Shown here in pieces: positions 29,940 through 39,216 of a DNA stretch of 51,926 nucleotides. How positions within the stretch are numbered: position 1 is the first letter of the stretch; the number at the start of each line of letters is the position of its first letter. Source of the DNA: Lentisphaeria bacterium UBA2565 (GTDB lineage Bacteria; Verrucomicrobiota; Lentisphaeria; UBA2565); NCBI GenBank assembly GCA_002340265.1, contig DDLT01000057.1, positions 1 through 51,926 of the forward strand. Direction: 5' to 3'. The notes below the pieces were generated by a model. It made no database searches. It was not told the DNA's origin and worked only from the letters and a program-made list of their open reading frames with translations. Position numbers and translations under genes: made by a program.

Positions 29940-32900
29940 ATGGGAATGAAGAAAACGTTGGCGGCACTTCTCTGTGCTACAGGTTTAATGAGTATGAACC
30001 TTCAAGCGGGGGTTACCGAAAACTTTGATAGTGCATCCTTAGGGACTATCGAGGCAGATGGTTCAACAACAATTAATGGAACTGTTTATATCGGTTCCTC
30101 TGCTGATACAACTAACAGTACGGGAGCGCCTACAAATCCTTATCCTACACAAATCAAAAATAGTGGTGGTGATGGCTATATTTCTTTGTGGTGTGAGGAT
30201 GATACTAAAGGAAATATTGGTTGGGATGCCGTAACTGGTGAACCTACGAGTGCAACACCAGTTAGCAATGTAGTAATTGACTTTGGTGCCGATGCCAATA
30301 AAGATGTGGTAAGCTTCTCGGCTGATATCTCTCGTAGTTCTAACGGTGCGTGGTGGTATCGTGTTCAAAGTTCAATTGATAATGGAACGACTTGGCAGTC
30401 TATCAAACAAATTTCTGGTAGGATTACTACAGGTACTTTAGCTATAAATGAATCAGGCCTCAGTCTTACAGGTGTTGATAGAATTCGTATTAATGTCTGG
30501 CGAAATGGAGGTACTGACCCAGGTGAAATGAAAATTGACAACCTTGTTGTGTATAATGTTTTGACAACAGGTCTTACAGCAACAGCTCCCGTTGGAACTG
30601 ACTTTGACCTAAGTTGGGATGCAGCAACTGGCGCAACTGGATACACTGTAGTAGTTTCTACAAAAGCTGACCTTTCTAACCCTGTTCAGACATACACTCC
30701 TGTGGGCACTTCTCAATCAGTTACAGGTCTTTCTAGTGGTTCTCTTTACTACTGTGGGGTGACTGCAGTTATAGGCGGAAGTGTTGCCAGTACAGCAACC
30801 ACTGTTGTTGACCTTAGACCAAAGGAAGCACTAGCTGCAGGTGATGTGATTGCGGTTGACTATGCTTCCGCTAATGGTAGTGCGACAAACTTCAATATCC
30901 TTGATACTGGTGCGACATCAATTACAAGCGGCAATGTGGTAAAATACTCAGGCACAGCTGTTGCTCAGAATGTAACCGTTACCCACACTGGTGGAGGTAA
31001 TTTTGCGAGAGACTCAGGTGGTGACAATTGGGGTGGAGTGGCTGCTGATCCATACTACAATTCTGAGGCTGCCGGTGATATTGTTTATGCCGGAGTTCAA
31101 ACAGTATTTGGTGGACTTGACACCAATCTTGCTTATAATGTTCGTGTATATGCACTTCTTGTTGGTGGACCTCAAAGTAACAACATTACGGTAACTGGTG
31201 AGAGTGTAGCTACTGATACTACAAACAGTCGCACCCGCTTTACTTACGGGACTCTTGAAGAGGCAGGTCTAGTCTTCTCAAATGTAGTTCCAACTGCCGG
31301 CGGTGAGATTACTATTGGTGCTGAAGTATTCTATAATGCAATCGTAATTGAAGCAGTGACTCCTGCACCAGCGGTCGTAGAAATTACTGGTTATGAAGCA
31401 ATTGAAGACGTGGCTGTAAGGTCTGGTGATACTGCAGTAGATACACTTGCTGAGGTTCAGGCTCTACTGCCTTCTACTGTGACAATTGATGGAACGTCTG
31501 ATACACGTGACGTCACTTGGACTACAGATAGTGTTCCATCTTATGATAACTCTTCGACTGGGACATACGTGTTTACCGCAACTCTCGGCGCAATCCCAGA
31601 GGGCTATACAGATGACCCAGCTGAAACAGTGACTGCAAATGTAATTGTAACAGATACATTTGGTGTGGAAATCACTGATGGAGCTGACTCCCAGATCACA
31701 TCCCCTTACAATTTGAGTGGCGATGATATGACTTTTATGACTTGGGTCAATGTGCCTTCAGGAACTCCGCTAAGTACATTCTTTACTATGGAAGAGAATG
31801 GAGTCGCGCAGGCACGCATGGGACTCTATCTCCAATCTTCTACAGCAGGTGACAGCAGTACTGATTTCGGCTATTTTGCAGGAAGTGGCAGTGAAAATTA
31901 TTCAACGGCTTTCCCTCTTGATAGTTGGGTTCATTTAGCAATTGTGACAAAAATAGATGGCACTACTGCAATTTACATTAATGGTGTTTCAGAGACAGGA
32001 GCTAAAACAAATCTACGTACTACGACTATTAATAATGCGTTGCTGAAATTGAATAATAGTGGTACTCCAGTTAATGGAGCGATTTACGATGAAGTAGCAG
32101 TATTCTCCAGAGCATTGACTTCAGCTCAAATTACTGATATTTACAATTCAGGAACCGGTGCTGAACTAGATTCTGCTTATGCAGGAATGGAGCTTTACTG
32201 GCGATTTGAGGATGAGCCTCAAGCTTCTACTGTTGCCGATAGCGATAATGATGCTGACAGTGCCGGAACAATCTCAGGTTCATCATTTAACTGGGTGCTA
32301 GGTAAATCTGTGGGTGAAACAGTTACACCTGCGATTGGTCTTGAAGTGTCTCTTGAAGGTACAGAACTTGTATGGGCAGTTGAAGACGAAGTAAGTGTTC
32401 AAGCATACGAAGTGACTTATACACTTAACGGTGAACCTAAAACTCAAACTGTTCTAGCTGTTGATGCTGACTTCTACACTGTAGACCTTCCAGAAGGTGC
32501 AACTGATGTAAAACTTGTTGTAGTAGACAAATCAGGCTACCGCGATACTAACCTTCCAGAAGATGGTAATGTGAAGATTGAGGTTTACGACCTTGAAGAG
32601 GGTTGGAACTTGATTGCTATCACATCTGAAGATGCTGACCTTGAAACTCTTAAAGATGAAACTGTCGGCGTACTTTGGGGCTGGAACGGTTCTGGTTACG
32701 AAGTAATCGAAACTGCAAAAGCTACAGATGCTGTATGGGTTTACTCTCCAATTGCGAAACAGGTATACATTTCAGGTACTAAATCTAATGCGAAGATCAA
32801 GTTAAACCTTGGTTGGAACATGGTTGGTCCAGTTGAAAATGGCTACATTCCAGAAAAAGCTGATACAGTTTACAGCTGGAGTGCAGTGTATGACTTAATC

Positions 32901-32957
32901 GCCGGCGAAGACAAAGTGCTTATCGGTGGAAAAGGTTACTGGATCTTCTCTCTATAA
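29940..32957 (+). CDS. Secreted multidomain protein: CBM-like, Fn3, Ig-like, LamG, shared C-terminal domain
   Basis: ATG at 29940 follows AGGAG. Signal peptide MGMKKTLAALLCATGLMSMNLQAG. LamG pattern WVHLAIV...IYINGV...YDEVAVFSRALT. C-terminal ...GGKGYWIFSL. Confidence 0.85.
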   Translation: MGMKKTLAALLCATGLMSMNLQAGVTENFDSASLGTIEADGSTTINGTVYIGSSADTTNSTGAPTNPYPTQIKNSGGDGYISLWCEDDTKGNIGWDAVTGEPTSATPVSNVVIDFGADANKDVVSFSADISRSSNGAWWYRVQSSIDNGTTWQSIKQISGRITTGTLAINESGLSLTGVDRIRINVWRNGGTDPGEMKIDNLVVYNVLTTGLTATAPVGTDFDLSWDAATGATGYTVVVSTKADLSNPVQTYTPVGTSQSVTGLSSGSLYYCGVTAVIGGSVASTATTVVDLRPKEALAAGDVIAVDYASANGSATNFNILDTGATSITSGNVVKYSGTAVAQNVTVTHTGGGNFARDSGGDNWGGVAADPYYNSEAAGDIVYAGVQTVFGGLDTNLAYNVRVYALLVGGPQSNNITVTGESVATDTTNSRTRFTYGTLEEAGLVFSNVVPTAGGEITIGAEVFYNAIVIEAVTPAPAVVEITGYEAIEDVAVRSGDTAVDTLAEVQALLPSTVTIDGTSDTRDVTWTTDSVPSYDNSSTGTYVFTATLGAIPEGYTDDPAETVTANVIVTDTFGVEITDGADSQITSPYNLSGDDMTFMTWVNVPSGTPLSTFFTMEENGVAQARMGLYLQSSTAGDSSTDFGYFAGSGSENYSTAFPLDSWVHLAIVTKIDGTTAIYINGVSETGAKTNLRTTTINNALLKLNNSGTPVNGAIYDEVAVFSRALTSAQITDIYNSGTGAELDSAYAGMELYWRFEDEPQASTVADSDNDADSAGTISGSSFNWVLGKSVGETVTPAIGLEVSLEGTELVWAVEDEVSVQAYEVTYTLNGEPKTQTVLAVDADFYTVDLPEGATDVKLVVVDKSGYRDTNLPEDGNVKIEVYDLEEGWNLIAITSEDADLETLKDETVGVLWGWNGSGYEVIETAKATDAVWVYSPIAKQVYISGTKSNAKIKLNLGWNMVGPVENGYIPEKADTVYSWSAVYDLIAGEDKVLIGGKGYWIFSL
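32325..32957 (+). repeat. Shared C-terminal domain module, copy 2
   Basis: Colinear with 26379..27008 and 36407..37027. The homology continues about 50 nt past the stop into copy 3's 3' UTR. Confidence 0.85.
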
Positions 32958-33055
32958 TCGTCCTATGTATTACGTAGTACGCACTACGTAGCACTTATTA
33001 CGAAATAAAAAATGCTCTCTCCCTGGATGGGGTGTGTTGTCCCGTCCGTTCTTAT

Positions 33056-33084
33056 GGCTACGACTGAAAGGTCGTAGCCTTTTT
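33056..33084 (+). terminator. Intrinsic terminator
   Basis: GGCTACGAC-tgaaag-GTCGTAGCC followed by TTTTT. Confidence 0.8.
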
Positions 33085-33145
33085 GGGTATTGATTGCTGT
33101 AAATGTACAGAAAGAGTTTATTAAAATAATAATAGGATACTAAAA

Positions 33146-36100
33146 ATGGGAATAAAAAAGGCGTTGACGGCTTTATGCTGTGCGGTGGGGATAACAGGTT
33201 CTCTTTTTGCAACAACGGCATTGGAAATTGTTAATGGAGCAAGTGGCTATGTTGAAAGTCAGAGAAATATCACAGGTTCCACATTTACCTCCATTATGTG
33301 GGTGAAGATGAATCCGACCGGAGGCAATGGAGCACTTTATGGTCTAGGTTCTTCCTCGACTAATGCAAATACAGCATTTTGGGTTAACAGTTCGGGAACA
33401 TTAACGTTTTACAATAAATGGCCGGAAGGGTATGCCACTAATGACGGTTTGATGACAAGTCATTTTAATAAATGGACACATTTAGCATTTGTCGGAGTTG
33501 CCGGCGAAGGCGTTAAAGTTTATATAAACGGTACTCTGGCTTGGACAGTTACAGATACAAAATCAACTGCCGTGGCACAGGATATTACTGCCAATGGCTT
33601 TGTGACTCTAGGCCGAAACTTAGACGGATTAGAACCACAAAATGGAACATCCTATGACGAATTCTCTCTGTGGAGTAAAGCGTTTTCAGATGCGGAAGTC
33701 TTAGCAAACTACAACAATGGAGGCGGCACTGAATTCACAGGAAGTGAGCAAAATCTTGAACTTTATTGGAAGTTTGAAGATGGTGCCGGAAGTGCAATTG
33801 CAACCGATTCTTCACAGCAAGCTCGTAACGGTTCTATCGCTGGAACAGAGGGAACGGATTATAAATGGACATTCAGTAAAGATGTCACAATTTATGACGA
33901 TTTTGAAAATGGTTATGCTAAATGGACTGCAACAGGAACTGCATTTGGTTCAAATCCTATCAACACTGCAACCACCAACAGCAGTGGCTATTATGCGATT
34001 AGTATAAATGACAGCTCAGCGACAGGACTGTTGACATCAGAAACCTTTACTGTTGATAAAGATTTTATTAACTTCAAACTAACAGGTGGAGCAGAACCGA
34101 CTCAGGGAATTCGCTTGGTTATTGGTGGAACACCCGTTATAACTTGGTCAGGAAATGTGGGCTGGGGTAGCGCAAATGTGGCCAATTTTATCTTAGAATC
34201 ATGGGATGTTAGTGACTATAAAGGACAAACAGCTCACTTTGAAATCTTTGATAATGGATCTGATGCCAAAGATTGGGTTGCCGTTGATGATATCACTTTT
34301 TCGACAAAAGCGTTACAAAAGGGAACAGTTTTCGAACTACAACAGCCAAGTTATATGGAGTGGCATTACACTAAACGCATGGCAAATTTTGCTACGAACG
34401 ACAGTTCTGTTCCAACAAACTCTACAGTTTTATTGGGTGACTCAATCACAGAAGTCTTTCCAATGGGAAATGCTCCGGCTAGATGGAATCTTGTGAACCG
34501 TGGAATTCAGGGTGACTGTGTTGGTGGTTGGAAATACCTTGGACTTTATGATCGTCTTCAAGAGTGCGTATATCAACATCAGCCAGCGAATGTTTTCATC
34601 GCCATTGGTATTAACGATATTGTACAATGGTACCCTAGTTACGGAACATCAGCGACCGTTGATCAACTAGAGGCAGGCTACAAAGCCATTGTTGAAGGTA
34701 TTCAAGCAAATAGTCCTAGTACAAAGATCTATCTACAAACGGTTCTACCAACCACTGGGCAATATGCAGAGTATAATGACGAAGTAATAGCTGTCAATAC
34801 ACGCATTGCCAAAGTAGCAACAGAAACAGGTGTAAACTTTCTTGATACCCATAGCGACTTTAAAAATAGTTCAGGAGAGCTTGAAGCGGCATACAGTAGT
34901 GATGGTATCCATTTAACAAGTGCGGGGTATGCAGTCTGGTATGCTGCTCTAACAAAAGTTTTAGATGGACAAGAAGAACAAGTGGAGTTCGAGACTGCAA
35001 AAGAGATTACCTTAGAAGGTTACGATTCCAAAACTTTTGAGACTCCAACAAATCCTTCAAACGGAACTCTGACTCCAGCAGCCGACTTTACAACAAGCGG
35101 TAAAGTGACTTACACTCCAAATTCGGGTTATTCCGGTGCTGACAGCTTCACCTACACAGTTACAGGAGACAGCCGTCCATTTACGGTTTATATCAATGTA
35201 GAAGAATCACCAGCAAACATCCCGGGTCCGGCAATAGGAAAATCACTACAGATTACATCAACTACTGCTGATACAGGGCAGGTAGTTAAAGATTTGTCGG
35301 CTCACACGGCTCTGAATGAACTGACCTTCGAGTTCTGGGCTAAAGTTCCTACTGCTGCAAACTCCAAAAACTGGGTATCGTTGATAATGCTTGAATCGTC
35401 TATGGCTCCAGTAGGCTTGGCTATGGGGGGCACAGGAGGCTTGGTTCCTTACACAGGAGGGAACGCACACAACTATATTAATATTGATGATAGATTTTTG
35501 AACCAATGGCATCATTATGCAATTACTATAGAATTATCCGCAACTGGCGATCCTATACCTGCCGACAAAAATGAGGCTGGACGCAGAGCTACTAGAGTTT
35601 ACATAGATGGTTATAATATTTTCACGGAACAGAATGAGCTACGTTTTGTTTCCAGCATTGGGGATTTGAGTTCATCATGGGGGAATGGTAGCAATGGATA
35701 CCCTGCAGTTATTGATTTGGGTGACCTTACATGCGGTGGATGGACTTCTGGAGCGACTTTTGAGATTGATGAAATTCGTATCTGGAAAGAAGCGCGTACA
35801 CAGACGCAAATTCGTGAAAATATGAATAGAACTAATGTCAATGGAGCTAATCTACTTGTTAATTACAAATGTGATGGAGATACCGCTGACCTTGTTGATT
35901 CTTCCAGTACAGGTAGCACTGCGACTAATGTCGTAACAGGTAACTTAGGTCGTACGACAAGTTACGCTCAAGTATTTGATGCCTCTCCTTTATCTGGCTG
36001 GAATTTCCCAGATTCGATTGGGGAAAGCAAAACCGCAACACGTACTGACGGCGGACTTAAAGTTGATAATGCAACCGTGACAGCGGGAGATTATGTAGTT

Positions 36101-37027
36101 GAAACTGCTATTAACAGTAGCGAAGAGGTGGTCACAACAGAGCTACCTATTGGCATTGTTGAGCGTTTTGAACGTGAATGGTTTGTGCAGGAAGTTGGAA
36201 CTGTCGTCGCTGACATGACCTTTGATACCACAAATATTGTTGACACTTTACCAGCTCAAAGCGAAGCAAAACTTCTTTATCGCTCTACAACTTCTGAAGA
36301 TTTCACAGAAGTGGCAACAGCCTCTTCATCTAACGGCAATGAGTTCACATTCTCTTCAGTATCCTTTATGTCAGGTTATTATACTTTCGGTGCATCGACA
36401 ACCCTTACTCCTTCGATTGGTCTTCAGGTTTCGCAAACTGATGATGAATTGACTTGGACAGTTGAAGATGAAATTGGTGTGAAAGAGTACCAAATCTTCG
36501 TTGACGGTGAACTTTTCGATATAGTTCAAGCTGTGGATGCTGACTTCTACTCTTTAGAAGTTCCAGTAGATGCAAAAGTCGAACTTAAAGTTGTTGATGA
36601 GTCCGGTTATTCTAAGACTTACCTTCCGCAAGATGGCAATACGACAATTGAAGTCTACGACCTTGAAGAGGGTTGGAATTTGGTTGCTATCACTTCGGAT
36701 AAAGCAGATTTAGAAACACTTAGGAATGAAACAGTCGGCGAACTTTGGGGCTGGAACGGTTCCGGTTACGAAGTGGTTGAAACAGCAAAAGCGACAGATG
36801 CAGTTTGGGTATACTCTCCAATTGCAAAACAGGTTTACATTTCAGGTACTAAATCTGATGCGAAGATCAAGTTGAACCTTGGTTGGAACATGGTTGGTCC
36901 AGTTGAAAATGACTTCATTCCAGAAGGTGCTGATACAGTATACAGTTGGAGCGAAGTGTACGATGTAATCGCCGGTGAAGACAAAGTCCTAATCGGCGGA
37001 AAAGGTTACTGGATCTTCTCTCTATAA
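33146..37027 (+). CDS. Secreted multidomain protein: LamG, beta-sandwich, SGNH/GDSL hydrolase, cadherin/Ig-like, LamG, shared C-terminal domain
   Basis: Signal peptide MGIKKALTALCCAVGITGSLFA. SGNH blocks LLGDSITE, GINDI, DGIHLT. LamG patterns (FTSIMWVKM...WTHLAFV...VYINGT; LTFEFWAKV...WHHYAITI...FEIDEIRIW). Ends GGKGYWIFSL. Confidence 0.85.
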   Translation: MGIKKALTALCCAVGITGSLFATTALEIVNGASGYVESQRNITGSTFTSIMWVKMNPTGGNGALYGLGSSSTNANTAFWVNSSGTLTFYNKWPEGYATNDGLMTSHFNKWTHLAFVGVAGEGVKVYINGTLAWTVTDTKSTAVAQDITANGFVTLGRNLDGLEPQNGTSYDEFSLWSKAFSDAEVLANYNNGGGTEFTGSEQNLELYWKFEDGAGSAIATDSSQQARNGSIAGTEGTDYKWTFSKDVTIYDDFENGYAKWTATGTAFGSNPINTATTNSSGYYAISINDSSATGLLTSETFTVDKDFINFKLTGGAEPTQGIRLVIGGTPVITWSGNVGWGSANVANFILESWDVSDYKGQTAHFEIFDNGSDAKDWVAVDDITFSTKALQKGTVFELQQPSYMEWHYTKRMANFATNDSSVPTNSTVLLGDSITEVFPMGNAPARWNLVNRGIQGDCVGGWKYLGLYDRLQECVYQHQPANVFIAIGINDIVQWYPSYGTSATVDQLEAGYKAIVEGIQANSPSTKIYLQTVLPTTGQYAEYNDEVIAVNTRIAKVATETGVNFLDTHSDFKNSSGELEAAYSSDGIHLTSAGYAVWYAALTKVLDGQEEQVEFETAKEITLEGYDSKTFETPTNPSNGTLTPAADFTTSGKVTYTPNSGYSGADSFTYTVTGDSRPFTVYINVEESPANIPGPAIGKSLQITSTTADTGQVVKDLSAHTALNELTFEFWAKVPTAANSKNWVSLIMLESSMAPVGLAMGGTGGLVPYTGGNAHNYINIDDRFLNQWHHYAITIELSATGDPIPADKNEAGRRATRVYIDGYNIFTEQNELRFVSSIGDLSSSWGNGSNGYPAVIDLGDLTCGGWTSGATFEIDEIRIWKEARTQTQIRENMNRTNVNGANLLVNYKCDGDTADLVDSSSTGSTATNVVTGNLGRTTSYAQVFDASPLSGWNFPDSIGESKTATRTDGGLKVDNATVTAGDYVVETAINSSEEVVTTELPIGIVERFEREWFVQEVGTVVADMTFDTTNIVDTLPAQSEAKLLYRSTTSEDFTEVATASSSNGNEFTFSSVSFMSGYYTFGASTTLTPSIGLQVSQTDDELTWTVEDEIGVKEYQIFVDGELFDIVQAVDADFYSLEVPVDAKVELKVVDESGYSKTYLPQDGNTTIEVYDLEEGWNLVAITSDKADLETLRNETVGELWGWNGSGYEVVETAKATDAVWVYSPIAKQVYISGTKSDAKIKLNLGWNMVGPVENDFIPEGADTVYSWSEVYDVIAGEDKVLIGGKGYWIFSL
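36407..37027 (+). repeat. Shared C-terminal domain module, copy 3
   Basis: TPSIGLQVSQTDDELTWTVEDE...EGWNLVAITSDKADLETLRNETVGELWGWNG...GGKGYWIFSL. Confidence 0.85.
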
Positions 37028-37119
37028 TCGTCCTATGTGTTACGTAGTACGTACTACGTAGCACTTAATGTGAAATAAAAATTTCTTCTCCCTAGAATGT
37101 TTGAGTTCGACATTTGCTC

Positions 37120-37148
37120 AGCTGCGATCGAAAGTTCGCAGCTTTTTT
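37120..37148 (+). terminator. Intrinsic terminator
   Basis: AGCTGCGA-tcgaaagt-TCGCAGCT followed by TTTTTT. Nearly identical to 27128..27157. Confidence 0.8.
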
Positions 37149-37311
37149 ATTGAGTATTGTGCAGTTACCAATGTAACAATTTTGAGAAAAAAGTTGTTAA
37201 AATTCCTCAAATCCTAGTGATTTAGTTGATTCCTTTTTTATATTACGCGGTCTTGTGAACTCTGACGTGAGTAATTTTAAAGACGAATTTAATTTTTTAT
37301 GGGGAGTTTTT

Positions 37312-39216
37312 ATGCAATTTGACCTAGGCGTGGTTCTTAATTTTTCTATCGTTGCTTCAGTGTTTCTAGTTGCCACGATTCTTGTATCTGCTTTTTTGAC
37401 AAAAAGACTGATTACCCTTCTTCCTAAACTCGGTCTTGTTGATATACCAGGCGGTCGACATATTCACAAAAATATGACTCCTAAAGGTGGAGGCTTAAGT
37501 TTCATCCTCACAACAGGTCTTTGTGCAATCCTTATAATTCTCCTCATGCCTCCACAAAGAAGGGCATTTTTTCTTTCAAGCCGTATGCAAGTTTTCTATT
37601 TTGTTGCAGGTGGGTTTGCTATCAGTTTGATAGGTTTTCTTGACGATAAATATGATATATCTCCTAAAATTAAGCTTTTAGCACAGATTGCTGTGGCTAG
37701 TTTTTCCTGGTATGTCGGATTCAAGTTTAACTCGATTTTTGGGTTACAACTTCATCCAATTATTTCTTATGGAATAACCGTTTTCTGGATTATTAGTTTT
37801 ATTAATGCGTTTAACTTAATTGATGGATTGGATGGACTTGCAAGTGGCGTTTCAGTGATTTCAGCTGGGACATTGGCGGCCATTTTCTTTATAAGTGGTA
37901 ACCCAGGTGTTGCGTTGTTCCTAATAATTCTAATGGGGGGACTGATTGGCTTTCTTGTTTACAATTTCCATCCGGCAAAAATTTTTATGGGTGATACAGG
38001 TTCAATGTTTTTGGGCTATACATTTGCTATTATTTGTTTTGTATCCGTTAACAAGGCCGCAACTTTTACGTCGATTCTTATTCCTGTCTTAGCAACTGGA
38101 GTTCCTTTCTTTGATGTTGTTCTTGCAATCTGGCGGCGCCTAGGAAAACGTTGGCTACACAAGCTTGAGGGTAAAAATGAAGAAAGTAAAGTAATGGGAG
38201 CAGATAAAGAGCACCTTCATCACCGCATTATGGATCGAGCAGGATCTCAACGTAAAACAGTTACTGTTATCTATTCAATATCGGTGATTTTTGCTGTAAT
38301 GGCAATTGTTTTATATACCATGGAAAGCAAATCTAAGGCAATGGCTTATTTGTTTCTGTTTACTGTTGTTGCAGTGCTTGTTCGTTCTGTGGCTTACATA
38401 GAATTTCATAATTCTGGTAAAGTTCTAGTTCATGGTCTACATAAGCCTAGTGCGGGCAACCTTGTACTTATTCTTCATCCAATTTTCGATAGTATTGTGA
38501 TTTGTGCATCATACGTATGCTTTTATAAGGTTTTTTCATATGCGGTGGGGCATGGTGAGTTTGAAAGCTTTTCCTGGTTTCAAGGTATGGTAATTCACGC
38601 ACTCCCTTTGATGTTTGTCTTCTTTGTATCGGGAGTTTATAAAATTGTTTGGCAGCATGCATCTGGTTTCGCTTATATGAAAGTTCTGCGTCTTGTTGCT
38701 TTTACATCTCTTTTTACAATTGTTTTTATAGCTGTAATAAGTGAAATAAAATGGCCTCTGATTTTTCTGCTTAAAGAATATTGCTTTGTGGCTACAACAG
38801 TTTTCTTAATTCTGGGTGAGAGAATGATTATTAGGTACTTCAAAACTATGATTTATCATACATCAATAAAAAGACACCTTTATGATGAAGGTGTAGAGCG
38901 TGTGCTTGTATACGGAGCGGGGATGCATTTTCGTTATCTTGTAGATACTCTTCAGGCAAGGCAACTTGAAGATGAGTCATGTATTTCAACTGTAATTGAT
39001 GATGATACATTTATGCAAGGAAGGCATATAGCCGGATTTGCAGTCGATGGAACACTTGATGATATCGAAATGATTTATGGAAAAAAACCTTTTGATAAAA
39101 TAATGGTAACTTGTGAATTAACTCCTGCAAACTTACGCAAACTTAAAAAGATTTCGAATCAGTTTTCGATTCCTGTAGTCAAGTGGGACGTTTCTGAAAG
39201 TGAAGTATCACTTTAG
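37312..39216 (+). CDS. Glycosyltransferase family 4 (WecA/MraY-type polyprenyl-phosphate sugar-1-P transferase) fused to a C-terminal membrane plus Rossmann-like extension
   Basis: NAFNLIDGLDGLASG and IFMGDTGSMFLGY motifs. ATG at 37312 follows GGGGAG. The C-terminal half has more TM helices and RVLVYGAGMHFRYLV. Confidence 0.75.
   Translation: MQFDLGVVLNFSIVASVFLVATILVSAFLTKRLITLLPKLGLVDIPGGRHIHKNMTPKGGGLSFILTTGLCAILIILLMPPQRRAFFLSSRMQVFYFVAGGFAISLIGFLDDKYDISPKIKLLAQIAVASFSWYVGFKFNSIFGLQLHPIISYGITVFWIISFINAFNLIDGLDGLASGVSVISAGTLAAIFFISGNPGVALFLIILMGGLIGFLVYNFHPAKIFMGDTGSMFLGYTFAIICFVSVNKAATFTSILIPVLATGVPFFDVVLAIWRRLGKRWLHKLEGKNEESKVMGADKEHLHHRIMDRAGSQRKTVTVIYSISVIFAVMAIVLYTMESKSKAMAYLFLFTVVAVLVRSVAYIEFHNSGKVLVHGLHKPSAGNLVLILHPIFDSIVICASYVCFYKVFSYAVGHGEFESFSWFQGMVIHALPLMFVFFVSGVYKIVWQHASGFAYMKVLRLVAFTSLFTIVFIAVISEIKWPLIFLLKEYCFVATTVFLILGERMIIRYFKTMIYHTSIKRHLYDEGVERVLVYGAGMHFRYLVDTLQARQLEDESCISTVIDDDTFMQGRHIAGFAVDGTLDDIEMIYGKKPFDKIMVTCELTPANLRKLKKISNQFSIPVVKWDVSESEVSL

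Noticed and set aside
26379-37027. Diversity-generating retroelement (variable and template repeats) targeting the LamG-protein C-termini
   Set aside because: No reverse transcriptase or accessory gene is in the window. The differences among the three repeat copies are spread over all bases and along the whole ~620 nt, rather than confined to adenine-specific changes in a short C-terminal block.
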